From positions 196,112 through 260,111 of the forward strand of contig DCAB01000012.1 in the NCBI GenBank assembly GCA_002311855.1: a stretch of 64,000 bases of DNA, given 5' to 3'. A program made the translations under genes and the position numbers. This DNA comes from Candidatus Dadabacteria bacterium UBA1144. GTDB lineage: Bacteria > Desulfobacterota_D > UBA1144. The notes beneath the pieces are model-generated. The model made no database searches, was not told the DNA's origin, and worked only from the letters and a program-made list of their open reading frames with translations. This document shows positions 9,824 through 19,282 of this stretch, in pieces. The first letter of the stretch is position 1. The number at the start of each line of letters is the position of its first letter.

Positions 9824-11365
9824 TCAAACTCCTTTAGGAGCTGTTATCTTAGGGTGATTTTTTCTCCATCTAAGGTTATTAAGTGCATTAACAAAGGCTC
9901 TTGCACTGGCAACTATGACATCGGTACTTGACCCTTTTCCTCTTGCTAAAAAGCCTTGGTCTTTTATCGTTACACTAACTTCAGCCTGAGCATCCATACC
10001 TCCAGTTATTGAAGCTACTGAATATGAATCAAGCATAGGGAAAACATCAACAGCTTTAGAAATCGCTTTAAATACAGAGTCAATTGGTCCATCGCCAAAT
10101 TCTTCAACTTTTTTCTCAGATCCATCAATTATTATCTTTACGGTAGCCCTTGGTTTTTTTTCTGTACCGGATAAGCACTCTAAAGAGCCTAGTTTGTAAA
10201 AATCTCCTGATCTCACAAATTCCTCATTTATCAAAGCCTCTATGTCTTCATCAAAAACGTATTTTTTCTTGTCACAAAGTTCTTTAAATTTGATAAAAGC
10301 AATTTCAAAGTTTTCATCTGACAATTTGTATCCAAACTCCGTTAATTTGTCCTTAAATGCATGTCTTCCGGAATGTTTTCCAAGGACGATACGATTTGAA
10401 GGTATGCCAACCTCAGAAGGCTTCATAATCTCATACGTTATGCTTTCTTTTAATACGCCATCTTGGTGAATACCGGCTTCATGAGCAAAAGCATTAGCGC
10501 CAACTATAGCTTTATTTGGTTGAACAAGTACTCCCGTAACATTACTTACAAGTCTGCTCGTTGGATAAATTTGCTTTGTTTTAATTCGCGTTTTGAAAGG
10601 ATTGCGATCATTTCTTACCTTTAAAGCCATTACTATTTCTTCTAGGGAAGCATTACCAGCTCTTTCTCCTAGTCCATTAATTGTACATTCTACTTGTCTC
10701 GCCCCTTCTTTAATTGCGACAAGTGAGTTTGCCACCGCTAATCCAAGATCGTTATGGCAATGAACACTAATTGTGACATTATTTATCGCGTCAACATTTT
10801 CTCTAAGATTCCTAATAATACTTCCAAATTCAGATGGCACAGTATATCCAACCGTATCAGGAATATTTATAGTCGTTGCTCCAGATTGAATAGCTATACT
10901 TATTGCTCTACATAAGAAATCAATTTCTGTCCTGGTTGCATCCTCACATGAAAATTCAACATTGCTTGTATATCTAGCTGAATGCTTAACGGCTTGGCTT
11001 ATAATTTCTAACACCTCATCCCTAGTTTTTTTTAATTTGTGCTTTAAATGAATATCTGATGTCGCAATAAAAGTATGAATTCTGGGATTTTTTGCATATT
11101 TAATTGCTTCCCAGGCTCTATCAATATCTTGGATATTGGCCCTACATAATCCTGCAACTTCACATTTCTTGATTTCTTTAGATATCAATTTGACCGAGTT
11201 GAAATCTCCCTCCGATGCAATAGGAAACCCAGCTTCGATAATATTCACCCCGAGTTTTTCAAGTTGATGAGCCACCTTTAGTTTTTCTTCAACATTCATG
11301 CTGCATCCAGGTGCTTGCTCCCCATCTCGTAAAGTCGTATCAAATATTTTTACAACATTGCTCAT
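9824..11365 (-). CDS. leuA: 2-isopropylmalate synthase
   Basis: 513 aa with an N-terminal IFDTTLRDGEQAPG, a HMGL-like TIM barrel and a C-terminal LeuA dimerisation domain. Confidence 0.9.
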   Translation of the reverse strand: MSNVVKIFDTTLRDGEQAPGCSMNVEEKLKVAHQLEKLGVNIIEAGFPIASEGDFNSVKLISKEIKKCEVAGLCRANIQDIDRAWEAIKYAKNPRIHTFIATSDIHLKHKLKKTRDEVLEIISQAVKHSARYTSNVEFSCEDATRTEIDFLCRAISIAIQSGATTINIPDTVGYTVPSEFGSIIRNLRENVDAINNVTISVHCHNDLGLAVANSLVAIKEGARQVECTINGLGERAGNASLEEIVMALKVRNDRNPFKTRIKTKQIYPTSRLVSNVTGVLVQPNKAIVGANAFAHEAGIHQDGVLKESITYEIMKPSEVGIPSNRIVLGKHSGRHAFKDKLTEFGYKLSDENFEIAFIKFKELCDKKKYVFDEDIEALINEEFVRSGDFYKLGSLECLSGTEKKPRATVKIIIDGSEKKVEEFGDGPIDSVFKAISKAVDVFPMLDSYSVASITGGMDAQAEVSVTIKDQGFLARGKGSSTDVIVASARAFVNALNNLRWRKNHPKITAPKGV

Positions 11366-11383
11366 AGATTACAAAAATATAAG

Positions 11384-12922
11384 TTAACTCAATTTTTTGT
11401 CAATTTTAGGGAACAGTAAATCTATTTTTTCTATGGGGGAACCGTCAGATAAAAAATTGATATTTTTTAACGATTCATAACTAAGATTTTCATCCCCATC
11501 AAAACAAGACAGAGATTTTAAAACTTTTACGGATGCTAACGGCATAATAGGGTATGTCATTGTACACACTATCCTAATAGTCTCTAGCATTAATCTAAGA
11601 ATTGTTGACAATCTCTCGGTTTGGTTTTCTTTTGCAAGAGACCATGGTTGCATAGTATCAATATACTTATTCCCAGCTGAAACAAGTTCAATCATTGCCC
11701 CAAGGGCCTTGCTAAATTCTACGTTAAGAAAATAATATTTGTATTGTTCAACAGTTTCTAAAATCTTTAATTCTATTTTTTTTTCACTTTCAAGAAATTG
11801 ACCATAGCGTGGAATTTGATTCCCAAAATTGCTGGTACTCATTGCATAGACCCTGTTAATGAAGTTCCCAATATTGTTTGAAAGTTCAGAATTAATTCTC
11901 GAAATGATAGCATGTTTTGAAAAATCTCCGTCGTTTCCAAAAGGAACTTCCCTTAGTAAAAAATATCTGAAAGAATCCAATCCGATTCTATCAATAATAT
12001 CTATGGGGTCTACAACATTTCCAATTGATTTGGACATTTTTTCTTTTTCGACAGTCCACCATCCGTGTGCAATTATTTGAGAAGGGAGTCGCATTTCTGC
12101 TGCCATTAAAAAAGCAGGCCAGTATATTGCATGAAATCTAAGTATATCTTTCCCTACAATATGATAATTGGCGGGCCAGTTTTTTTTTAATTTTTCTGAT
12201 GAATTATCCGGATATCCTAATGCCGTTATATAATTGGTTAAAGCATCCAACCACACATACATTACATGACCTTTTTTACTCGGAATATCAACCCCCCAGG
12301 TAAAACTCGTCCTCGATATTGATAAGTCTTTCAATCCTCTCTCGACAAATTTTATAACCTCATTGAATCTTGATTGAGGATATACAAAATTTGGATTCTT
12401 AGAATAAAAATCAAGCAAAGGTTTTTGATATTTTGATAATCTGAAAAAGTAGCTTGGCTCTTCCACCCAATCGACCGAACCACCAGTCGGAGCTTTGCCA
12501 TCTATCAATTCATCTTCTTGATAATAGGCCTCATCCCTAATCGAATACCATCCCGAATATTTATCAAGATAAATTTCACCTTTTTCTTCTAAAGAGCTCC
12601 AAAATTGTCTCGCCCCTTCCTTGTGTTTTTCAGAAGTAGTTCTTATGAAGTCGTCATTGGTTAACATCAAAACACTTGTCAAATCATGAAATTTTTTACT
12701 CATTAGGTCTACAAACGATTGAGTGTCGATATTTTTTTCTTTAGCTGATTGTTGAATTTTAAGCCCATGTTCATCGGTACCTGTTAAAAAAAATACTTTT
12801 TTCCCCAGCATTTTGTAGAATCTAGCAAGCGAATCACATGCAATACTCGTATAAGCATGCCCAACATGTGGTTTGTCGTTTACATAATAGATTGGAGTAG
12901 TTATATATATGTTCTTCTCCAT
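11384..12922 (-). CDS. metG: methionine--tRNA ligase (short form; ORF extends to 12958 but the likely start is MEKNIYITTPIYY)
   Basis: Class I HIGH motif (PHVGHAY) and KMSKS. Confidence 0.9.
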   Translation of the reverse strand: MEKNIYITTPIYYVNDKPHVGHAYTSIACDSLARFYKMLGKKVFFLTGTDEHGLKIQQSAKEKNIDTQSFVDLMSKKFHDLTSVLMLTNDDFIRTTSEKHKEGARQFWSSLEEKGEIYLDKYSGWYSIRDEAYYQEDELIDGKAPTGGSVDWVEEPSYFFRLSKYQKPLLDFYSKNPNFVYPQSRFNEVIKFVERGLKDLSISRTSFTWGVDIPSKKGHVMYVWLDALTNYITALGYPDNSSEKLKKNWPANYHIVGKDILRFHAIYWPAFLMAAEMRLPSQIIAHGWWTVEKEKMSKSIGNVVDPIDIIDRIGLDSFRYFLLREVPFGNDGDFSKHAIISRINSELSNNIGNFINRVYAMSTSNFGNQIPRYGQFLESEKKIELKILETVEQYKYYFLNVEFSKALGAMIELVSAGNKYIDTMQPWSLAKENQTERLSTILRLMLETIRIVCTMTYPIMPLASVKVLKSLSCFDGDENLSYESLKNINFLSDGSPIEKIDLLFPKIDKKLS

Positions 12923-12926
12923 GAAA

Positions 12927-13880
12927 TCAAACCACCTTTGATCTCCATGAATCCTCATCTAAAATAAAATCGAAAAGAATCTCCTCAATGCCCATCCTAA
13001 AATTAAAATTAGACCATTTTAAATTAGAGCTAAGATTTGTCATTTTTGAAATAAGCTCAATTAAAGAAATGCTTGAAGTTTGTTCAATTAGGTCCCGATT
13101 AAAAATAGAAAATTTTTGGTAATTATCTAAATGTTTCAATTTGAGAACATAATTGAATATGCCTATCAACAGATTAACAAAAAAAGATTGGTTAAAATCT
13201 TTTTTTGTTATTTCATCCATTTTTTTTAAGATTAAATCCATTTCAGTTGGCTCTTTCTTTAGAATCGAAAAAACAAAATCTACCATTTCTTCTAAATTAT
13301 CTTGATAATAAAATTCAATATTATTCACTGAGCCGTTCAATAAGAAAATCGATAAGTCCATAAATTCTGGTTGATTCAATCTGCCTTCTAAGGCCTCTAA
13401 TAAAAATTCATTAGGTAGTGGCTGAAAATCTATATTTATACACCGAGATCTAACTGTAGGAAGCAACATCGATGGTACTGAAGAAATCAAGAAAAAAAAT
13501 ACATAACCTGGTGGCTCTTCTAATATCTTAAGTAGTTTATTTTGTGCTTCTACGTTCATCGTTTCAGCTTTTGAAATAACAATTATCTTTCTCGTAGATT
13601 CAAAAGGAGGATATAAAATCCATTTCTCTATATCTTTTGTATCTTGAACCAATATTTTATCGTTTTCATTAGATAAATAAAAAAAGTCCGGGTGAATATT
13701 CTTTTCTATTTTGTGGGAATTTGTCAATATCTTACTACTTAGAAAGAAAACAAAATCCTTTTTCCCAGTTCCCTTAAGGCCGGTAAACAAATACGAGCCA
13801 AAGGAATCTTGGTTTGTTAAAAATTTGAAAAATGATTCTTTGGATTTTAAATGAAATTCTACAACTTTTTTATTTATCAT
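12927..13880 (-). CDS. holB: DNA polymerase III delta' subunit
   Basis: 317 aa with an AAA-like clamp-loader N-terminus (GTGKKDFVFFLSSKIL); its start overlaps tmk by 4 nt. Confidence 0.75.
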   Translation of the reverse strand: MINKKVVEFHLKSKESFFKFLTNQDSFGSYLFTGLKGTGKKDFVFFLSSKILTNSHKIEKNIHPDFFYLSNENDKILVQDTKDIEKWILYPPFESTRKIIVISKAETMNVEAQNKLLKILEEPPGYVFFFLISSVPSMLLPTVRSRCINIDFQPLPNEFLLEALEGRLNQPEFMDLSIFLLNGSVNNIEFYYQDNLEEMVDFVFSILKKEPTEMDLILKKMDEITKKDFNQSFFVNLLIGIFNYVLKLKHLDNYQKFSIFNRDLIEQTSSISLIELISKMTNLSSNLKWSNFNFRMGIEEILFDFILDEDSWRSKVV

Positions 13881-14512
13881 TTTTTTCTAAGCCGTGAAAA
13901 TATACTATAATTTTTTGAAAGAATTTCTTTAATCTGTTCATGAACAGCTTCTATGTCTTCTTCTCCACTGATTAGGTGTACTCTATTGGATGAATTTCGT
14001 GCAATTTCCAAGTAGGCACTTTTTACTCTGGAGTGAAAATCAAATGATTCATCATCTATCCTGTTTCTTCCCGGCCTTTCTACAATTCTACTCAATGCCG
14101 TATTGACCGAGATATCGAACAAAAAAGTTGTGTTAGGGCAAAGTCCCAGTGCAGAATTAATTGCTGTTTGTTTCACAAATTCTGGGTTAAGCTCTCTTCC
14201 AAAACCTTGATAGGCAATTGTAGAATCATAAAATCTATCACACAGAACAATTTTTCCTTGATTTAGCATTGGTCTAATGAAATCTTTAACATGCTGTGCA
14301 CGATCAGCACAAAAGAGTGATAGTTCTGCCAATGGCTCTAAATCTAAATCGGGATTTTCAAGAATTATTTTCCTAATAAGGTTCCCTATAGCGCCCCAGC
14401 CAGGTTCTCTTGTAATTTCTACATCAAAGTGAACTTTCTCTAAAGCTTTATGCAGAAGATTAATCTGAGTGGATTTCCCTGAGCCCTCAATACCTTCAAA
14501 AGTTATAAACAA
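13877..14512 (-). CDS. tmk: thymidylate kinase
   Basis: 211 aa with MFITFEGIEGSGKSTQ P-loop and DRF..S motifs. Confidence 0.9.
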   Translation of the reverse strand: MFITFEGIEGSGKSTQINLLHKALEKVHFDVEITREPGWGAIGNLIRKIILENPDLDLEPLAELSLFCADRAQHVKDFIRPMLNQGKIVLCDRFYDSTIAYQGFGRELNPEFVKQTAINSALGLCPNTTFLFDISVNTALSRIVERPGRNRIDDESFDFHSRVKSAYLEIARNSSNRVHLISGEEDIEAVHEQIKEILSKNYSIFSRLRKK

Positions 14513-14521
14513 ATCTTTTTC

Positions 14522-15241
14522 CTAAAGAGCCACCAATTTTTGGAGTGCCTCTTGTTCATTATAATCTAATTTTGTGATTTTTCCTGACTCTAATTCGCCT
14601 AATTCAATTGGACCTACAGCTATTCTTTTAAGCTTCTTTACCGATTTGCCAAAAAATTTGAAAAAGTTTTTAACTACATGGTTTCGGCCTTCATGGATTT
14701 GAATCTTAATTAAGGTTTCACCGTTAGACGAATTGAGTAAATCAATTTTTTCTGGGATTAGAGAACCATCCCTAAGCTGAGCACCTTTTCGCATTTTTGA
14801 AATTAACACCTGATTAATTTTCCCTCGTATATGTGCCAAGTAAATCTTTCTAACAAGAAAACTTGGGTGAGATATTCTATGTGCCATTTCCCCATCATTT
14901 GTAAAAAGCAATAGGCCTTCCGTATCGTAATCTAGTCGTCCTACAGGGAAAAGCTTTACGCGGGATTTCGGTAGAAGCTCTTCGACTGTCCTTTTGTTTT
15001 CTTTCGTAGACATAGTCGTAAGACAAAATCTAGGCTTATTCATTTTGTAATATTCGTGTTTTTGTGTAGAAATTCTTATTCCATCAAACAGAACCGTATC
15101 TAATTCTGTATCTATTAATGTTTGCAGCTCAGTTCTTATCTCACCGTTAACTTTGATTTTTTTTGATTTTATTAAATCTTCTGATTTTCTACGAGAGGTT
15201 ACACCACAGATAGACAAATATCTGTTGAGTCTAATTTTCAT
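14522..15241 (-). CDS. rRNA pseudouridine synthase (RsuA/RluB family) with N-terminal S4 domain
   Basis: 239 aa with an S4-type N-terminus (RLNRYLSICGVTSRRKSEDLI) and the catalytic region PVGRLDYDTEGLLLFTNDG. Confidence 0.8.
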   Translation of the reverse strand: MKIRLNRYLSICGVTSRRKSEDLIKSKKIKVNGEIRTELQTLIDTELDTVLFDGIRISTQKHEYYKMNKPRFCLTTMSTKENKRTVEELLPKSRVKLFPVGRLDYDTEGLLLFTNDGEMAHRISHPSFLVRKIYLAHIRGKINQVLISKMRKGAQLRDGSLIPEKIDLLNSSNGETLIKIQIHEGRNHVVKNFFKFFGKSVKKLKRIAVGPIELGELESGKITKLDYNEQEALQKLVAL

Positions 15242-15262
15242 GTTCTCAATTTTTGTACAAAA

Positions 15263-15973
15263 TTATTTTTTATCTTTTGCACCAAATTTATCGGCTGTTT
15301 CCATTGAGATTCCTGCGTGTGCCCAGCAGGCCCCCGCACTCATAACCATTGCCACATTTATGGCTTCCGTAATCTCTTCTTTTGTTACTCCCTCTTTAAG
15401 TCCGTCTCTTATGCAACTCCTTATACACCAAGGGCATTTAGCCAAAAGAGCACAGGCTAATCCCATTAATCCCTTTTTTAGTTTTTTTGATAAGTGACCA
15501 TCAGCATAAACCATTTCATGGAAAGCCGAAAATTTCTCATGTGTTTCCCCGCTTAGCTTGTGAAATTCTTGTATTTGAGGAGTTATATTTTTACTAATAA
15601 AATATCCCTCCGTTACGTCTTTTTTGTCTTTCATCAAATCATAATTTTCAAAGGCAATGCTACCAAAAGCATAGGGTTGGCCCATTGCGAGTCTCATGGC
15701 AATAAAAATTCCTTCAGCAATCTGCTCATCTGTGGCACCTTCTGCCTTGGCTAGTTTCGTTCTTGATCTTATACAATACGGGCATCCCGTTATATGTGCA
15801 CACGCCATCGCAATTAGTTGTTTGTCCCTTAAGCTAATTAGCCCTTCTTTAAAGACCTCGTTTTGATATCCCATCCATGTATCATTCAATTCCGGTACAA
15901 GATTTTTAAGCTTAATCATGTATTCGGATATATTATCTTTATATATACTTTCACTCATAATAAACCCCCTCAA
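15263..15973 (-). CDS. carboxymuconolactone decarboxylase (AhpD-like) family protein, two tandem CMD domains
   Basis: 236 aa with two CxxC-type motifs (TGCPYCIRS and AKCPWCIRS) typical of AhpD/CMD. Confidence 0.7.
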   Translation of the reverse strand: MRGFIMSESIYKDNISEYMIKLKNLVPELNDTWMGYQNEVFKEGLISLRDKQLIAMACAHITGCPYCIRSRTKLAKAEGATDEQIAEGIFIAMRLAMGQPYAFGSIAFENYDLMKDKKDVTEGYFISKNITPQIQEFHKLSGETHEKFSAFHEMVYADGHLSKKLKKGLMGLACALLAKCPWCIRSCIRDGLKEGVTKEEITEAINVAMVMSAGACWAHAGISMETADKFGAKDKK

Positions 15974-15996
15974 TTTGGTAATATAAGTATTATAGT

Positions 15997-17010
15997 ATGA
16001 ACAGAGATAAACTTATACAGAAATTTTTATCAGCAAATAATCTTGCGAACTGTACGTTAATTCCGATTAATAATGATGCGTCATTTAGAAAATATTTTAG
16101 AATAAAAGATAAAGGATTAATTTTGATGGACGCGCCATCCGAGCTAGGAGAATCGATAGAATCATTTATTAAAGTTGACGGAATACTCTTAGGTCTTGAT
16201 TTGAATGTTCCAAGAATTCTTGCTGTCGAACCCAATGATGGTTTTTTATTATTGGAAGATTTTGGAGAGAATGTCTTTTCAAAAATTTTATCCACAAATA
16301 ATGAGGAAGGGCTGTACAAAAAAGCAATCGAAGTAATAGCCCATATACAAAGTAGCAATATTCACCCCGATTTAAATGAATACTCGATAGAAGAATTGCT
16401 TAAAGAGTCCAGGCTTTTTATTGATTGGTACTTAATCAAACACAAACAAATCAAAATTAATCCTAGTGATATTTTAGAATTTGAATCTATAATTTCAGCT
16501 TTGTTCCAAAGTATCTCGCCTGCTTTTGATACCATCGTCTTGAGAGACTATCACGTAGACAATTTGTTTTATTTAGGCGACATAAGGGAATTGACCATTA
16601 TGAACTACCGGAGAAATCTGGTTGCACCTGTAGGACTAATTGATTTCCAGGATGCTCTAATCGGCTCACCAAGTTACGATTTAGCCTCTTTAATTGAAGA
16701 TGTAAGAAGACCAATAGGCTTAGAACTTAAAGAGAGTCTTCTTAATCATTTTCTTTTGCATACAGATCTAGATTACGAAGAAACCGAGAGAGAGATTTCA
16801 TTTTTTTCTGTTCAAAGAAATCTCAAGATTCTCGGAATTTTTTGTCGACTAAAATACAGAGACAAGAAAGAAGATTATATGAAATATTTAAACAACGGCA
16901 TAGATTTCTTATCAAAACACTTAGAAGATTCATCGATGAAAGACTTAAATCGGTGGATGAAAAAGTTTGCTCCAGAAATAAGTCCTCTACGAATTAATAT
17001 TTTGAATTAG
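15997..17010 (+). CDS. phosphotransferase enzyme (APH/choline-kinase-like) family protein
   Basis: 337 aa with a kinase-like fold: a Brenner-type HxDxxxxN (RDYHVDNL) and IDFQD; resembles AmgK-like sugar kinases. The antisense ORF 15990..16358 is spurious. Confidence 0.65.
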   Translation: MNRDKLIQKFLSANNLANCTLIPINNDASFRKYFRIKDKGLILMDAPSELGESIESFIKVDGILLGLDLNVPRILAVEPNDGFLLLEDFGENVFSKILSTNNEEGLYKKAIEVIAHIQSSNIHPDLNEYSIEELLKESRLFIDWYLIKHKQIKINPSDILEFESIISALFQSISPAFDTIVLRDYHVDNLFYLGDIRELTIMNYRRNLVAPVGLIDFQDALIGSPSYDLASLIEDVRRPIGLELKESLLNHFLLHTDLDYEETEREISFFSVQRNLKILGIFCRLKYRDKKEDYMKYLNNGIDFLSKHLEDSSMKDLNRWMKKFAPEISPLRINILN

Positions 17011-18372
17011 TTTATCCAACTTTGTGCTTTTCACAGAAATACCTATAGAGTTTTCTTGATAGGTCTTCAATCTTAGCGAAGAATTTATATTGACTCCGTG
17101 TATGTGAAAAATTTTTCCTTCGGATTCAAAGACTGGCAATCTGGCCCTAATAAACCTGGGAATCTTGTTGTCTATAAAAATATCTTGTAATTTTTTTGGA
17201 GATCTCATTCCTTTTAATTTCATTCTATCCCCGTCTTGAAAATTCCTGACACTAATAGGAAATTTCATCTTCGACAAATCAAAAAAAACATAATTTAAAT
17301 TATCGTCAAAGTTTTCCTTTGTAATTTTTATCTCTAAATTGTCATTCTCCCATACCCCTTCGCAAAGAATATTCAAGTCTAAGACCGGATCCATATATTT
17401 TTGAGTTTTTATACAAAGGAAATTATACCCCTTCTCTATTTTTATATTATTTGTAAGAAGAAATTCCCAGGAAGCGCTACTTGATTTAATCAATCTTAAA
17501 ATATCATCAATGTTCCTAAAGCTAATAAAATCCTTGGGGCCTATCTTCGTAAGAAAAAAACGGTACAAAATTTCCTTGATTTCAAAATCACTTAGATTCA
17601 AGATATCTTGAATTGAAGCGACAAACTCATAATCTGAGACCTCTTTAATCAAAGAAGGTTCGAGACCACTCAAACGTTCATCTATATATTTATTTTGCTC
17701 CGCAATCATTTGTAAAGTATTTGAAATAATAGAGTTTAAATTTGGATTAAATTGTTTTAATAATGGTATTAAGTTTTCTCTAATATTGTTTCTCGTATAT
17801 TTAATATCAGAATTTGATTCATCTTCTATCCAATCAAGATTTTCTGAGATAAGAAAATCAGTTATCTGATTTTTTGTAAAACTTATCATTGGGCGAAAAT
17901 AAGGACCTTCTAAAATCTTAATGCTTTGTAGGCCCTTTAAAGAAGAACCTCTTAATAATCTCATAAAAAAAGTTTCTATCTGATCATCTGAGTGGTGAGC
18001 CAGTAAAATATGTTTCGAGCCAGTACTCATTTGGATATTTTCTAGAAATTTTCTTCTAAATACTCTTCCTGTTTCTTCAATTCCTTTATTTAAATGCCTC
18101 GAAGCTCGTTTTATATCGAGTTTTTTTACATATAAGGGTATTTTGTTTGCCCTACATAAGCTTTCGACAAATTTTTGATCTGTTTCGGAATTCTTTCTCA
18201 AATAGTGGTTAAAGTGACATGCAAAAATCGATAAAGCTAACGGTGAACGGATGAGTGTATGAAGCAAGGCGACAGAGTCTCGCCCTCCAGATAAACCTAT
18301 TACGACCTTATCCCCTTTCTTTAAATATTTTTCTAGCTCAGAACTTATACTTTGAAATAGATTCCGCCTCAT
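16987..18372 (-). CDS. tilS: tRNA(Ile)-lysidine synthetase
   Basis: 461 aa with the PP-loop GLSGGRDSVAL. Confidence 0.85.
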   Translation of the reverse strand: MRRNLFQSISSELEKYLKKGDKVVIGLSGGRDSVALLHTLIRSPLALSIFACHFNHYLRKNSETDQKFVESLCRANKIPLYVKKLDIKRASRHLNKGIEETGRVFRRKFLENIQMSTGSKHILLAHHSDDQIETFFMRLLRGSSLKGLQSIKILEGPYFRPMISFTKNQITDFLISENLDWIEDESNSDIKYTRNNIRENLIPLLKQFNPNLNSIISNTLQMIAEQNKYIDERLSGLEPSLIKEVSDYEFVASIQDILNLSDFEIKEILYRFFLTKIGPKDFISFRNIDDILRLIKSSSASWEFLLTNNIKIEKGYNFLCIKTQKYMDPVLDLNILCEGVWENDNLEIKITKENFDDNLNYVFFDLSKMKFPISVRNFQDGDRMKLKGMRSPKKLQDIFIDNKIPRFIRARLPVFESEGKIFHIHGVNINSSLRLKTYQENSIGISVKSTKLDKLIQNINS

Positions 18373-18982
18373 TTAAAGAAAGTCCTCCTGAAATTATCAA
18401 CTTGAATGCAGCCTCTGGTGAGATAGCTAATTCTTTGATTTCGTTTTTCTCAAAAAAGACGAGAAAGCCTGAGCTCGGATTGGGGCACGTTGGAACAAAA
18501 ACGGGAATTTTGTCTAATTCTTTTGAATCTAATGGCTGAGTAGCAAAACCCAAACAGTATGCTCCTTTCCGTGGATATTCTACCAATACAACTTTTTGAT
18601 TCTTCCCCCCTTCTGAGAAAACTATTTTTGAAATCTGTTTGGTTGCGGAAAAAATTGAATTAGCAAGGGGGATTTTTGATATCGTCCTTTCACCTATTTT
18701 CAATAAAAATTTACCTAATAGATTTTTAGTTGCCACTCCCAGTAGGGTGACAAGAAAAACAAAACAAAAAATAGCTATCAGGAACAATATGGCGTCAGTT
18801 ACAGCTGGGGAAATATAAATTGGTAATATTTCTAAATTCACAAACCTCGCAGGAGTAAAATGAACTAAGGAATTTAACCATGTCCCTATCTGTATTACCA
18901 AATAAATGGTAATTATAAAGGGTATAAAAACTGCTAATCCTGAAAGAAAGTTCAATCTAATAAAATTAATTAATTTTTTCAT
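18338..18982 (-). CDS. DUF502-family membrane protein
   Basis: 214 aa with two N-terminal TM helices and a conserved soluble C-terminal domain typical of DUF502. Confidence 0.55.
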   Translation of the reverse strand: MKKLINFIRLNFLSGLAVFIPFIITIYLVIQIGTWLNSLVHFTPARFVNLEILPIYISPAVTDAILFLIAIFCFVFLVTLLGVATKNLLGKFLLKIGERTISKIPLANSIFSATKQISKIVFSEGGKNQKVVLVEYPRKGAYCLGFATQPLDSKELDKIPVFVPTCPNPSSGFLVFFEKNEIKELAISPEAAFKLIISGGLSLNEAESISKYKF

Positions 18983-18988
18983 TGAGCA

Positions 18989-19279
18989 TCAATCCAAATT
19001 CGAAGACTCGCTTAGCTTTTTTCTAAGTGATTTGCTCGGACGAAAAGCAATCGCTTTTCTTCGGGAAATCTGAATTGTTTCACCAGTGGTAGGATTTCTC
19101 CCTAGCCTAGGCTCCCTATCTTGTATTTTTAATGAGCCAAACTTAGGAAGTTTAACATCATTATGGGCAGCCAAGTTGTCAATAATAATGTGGAAAAATT
19201 TATCAACTATTCGTGCGGACTCCTTAAGGTTGAACCCCAATGATTTATGTAAAATGTTTGTTAAGTCTTTTCTTGTCAT
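18989..19279 (-). CDS. HU/IHF-family DNA-binding protein (IHF-alpha-like position after pheT)
   Basis: 96 aa with the beta-arm motif GRNPTTGETIQISRRKAIAFRPSK. Confidence 0.8.
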   Translation of the reverse strand: MTRKDLTNILHKSLGFNLKESARIVDKFFHIIIDNLAAHNDVKLPKFGSLKIQDREPRLGRNPTTGETIQISRRKAIAFRPSKSLRKKLSESSNLD

Positions 19280-19282
19280 TTT

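Noticed and set aside
15990-16358. 122-aa minus-strand ORF
   Set aside because: Fully overlaps the 5' part of the well-supported APH-family kinase gene on the plus strand; low-complexity Ser-rich translation.
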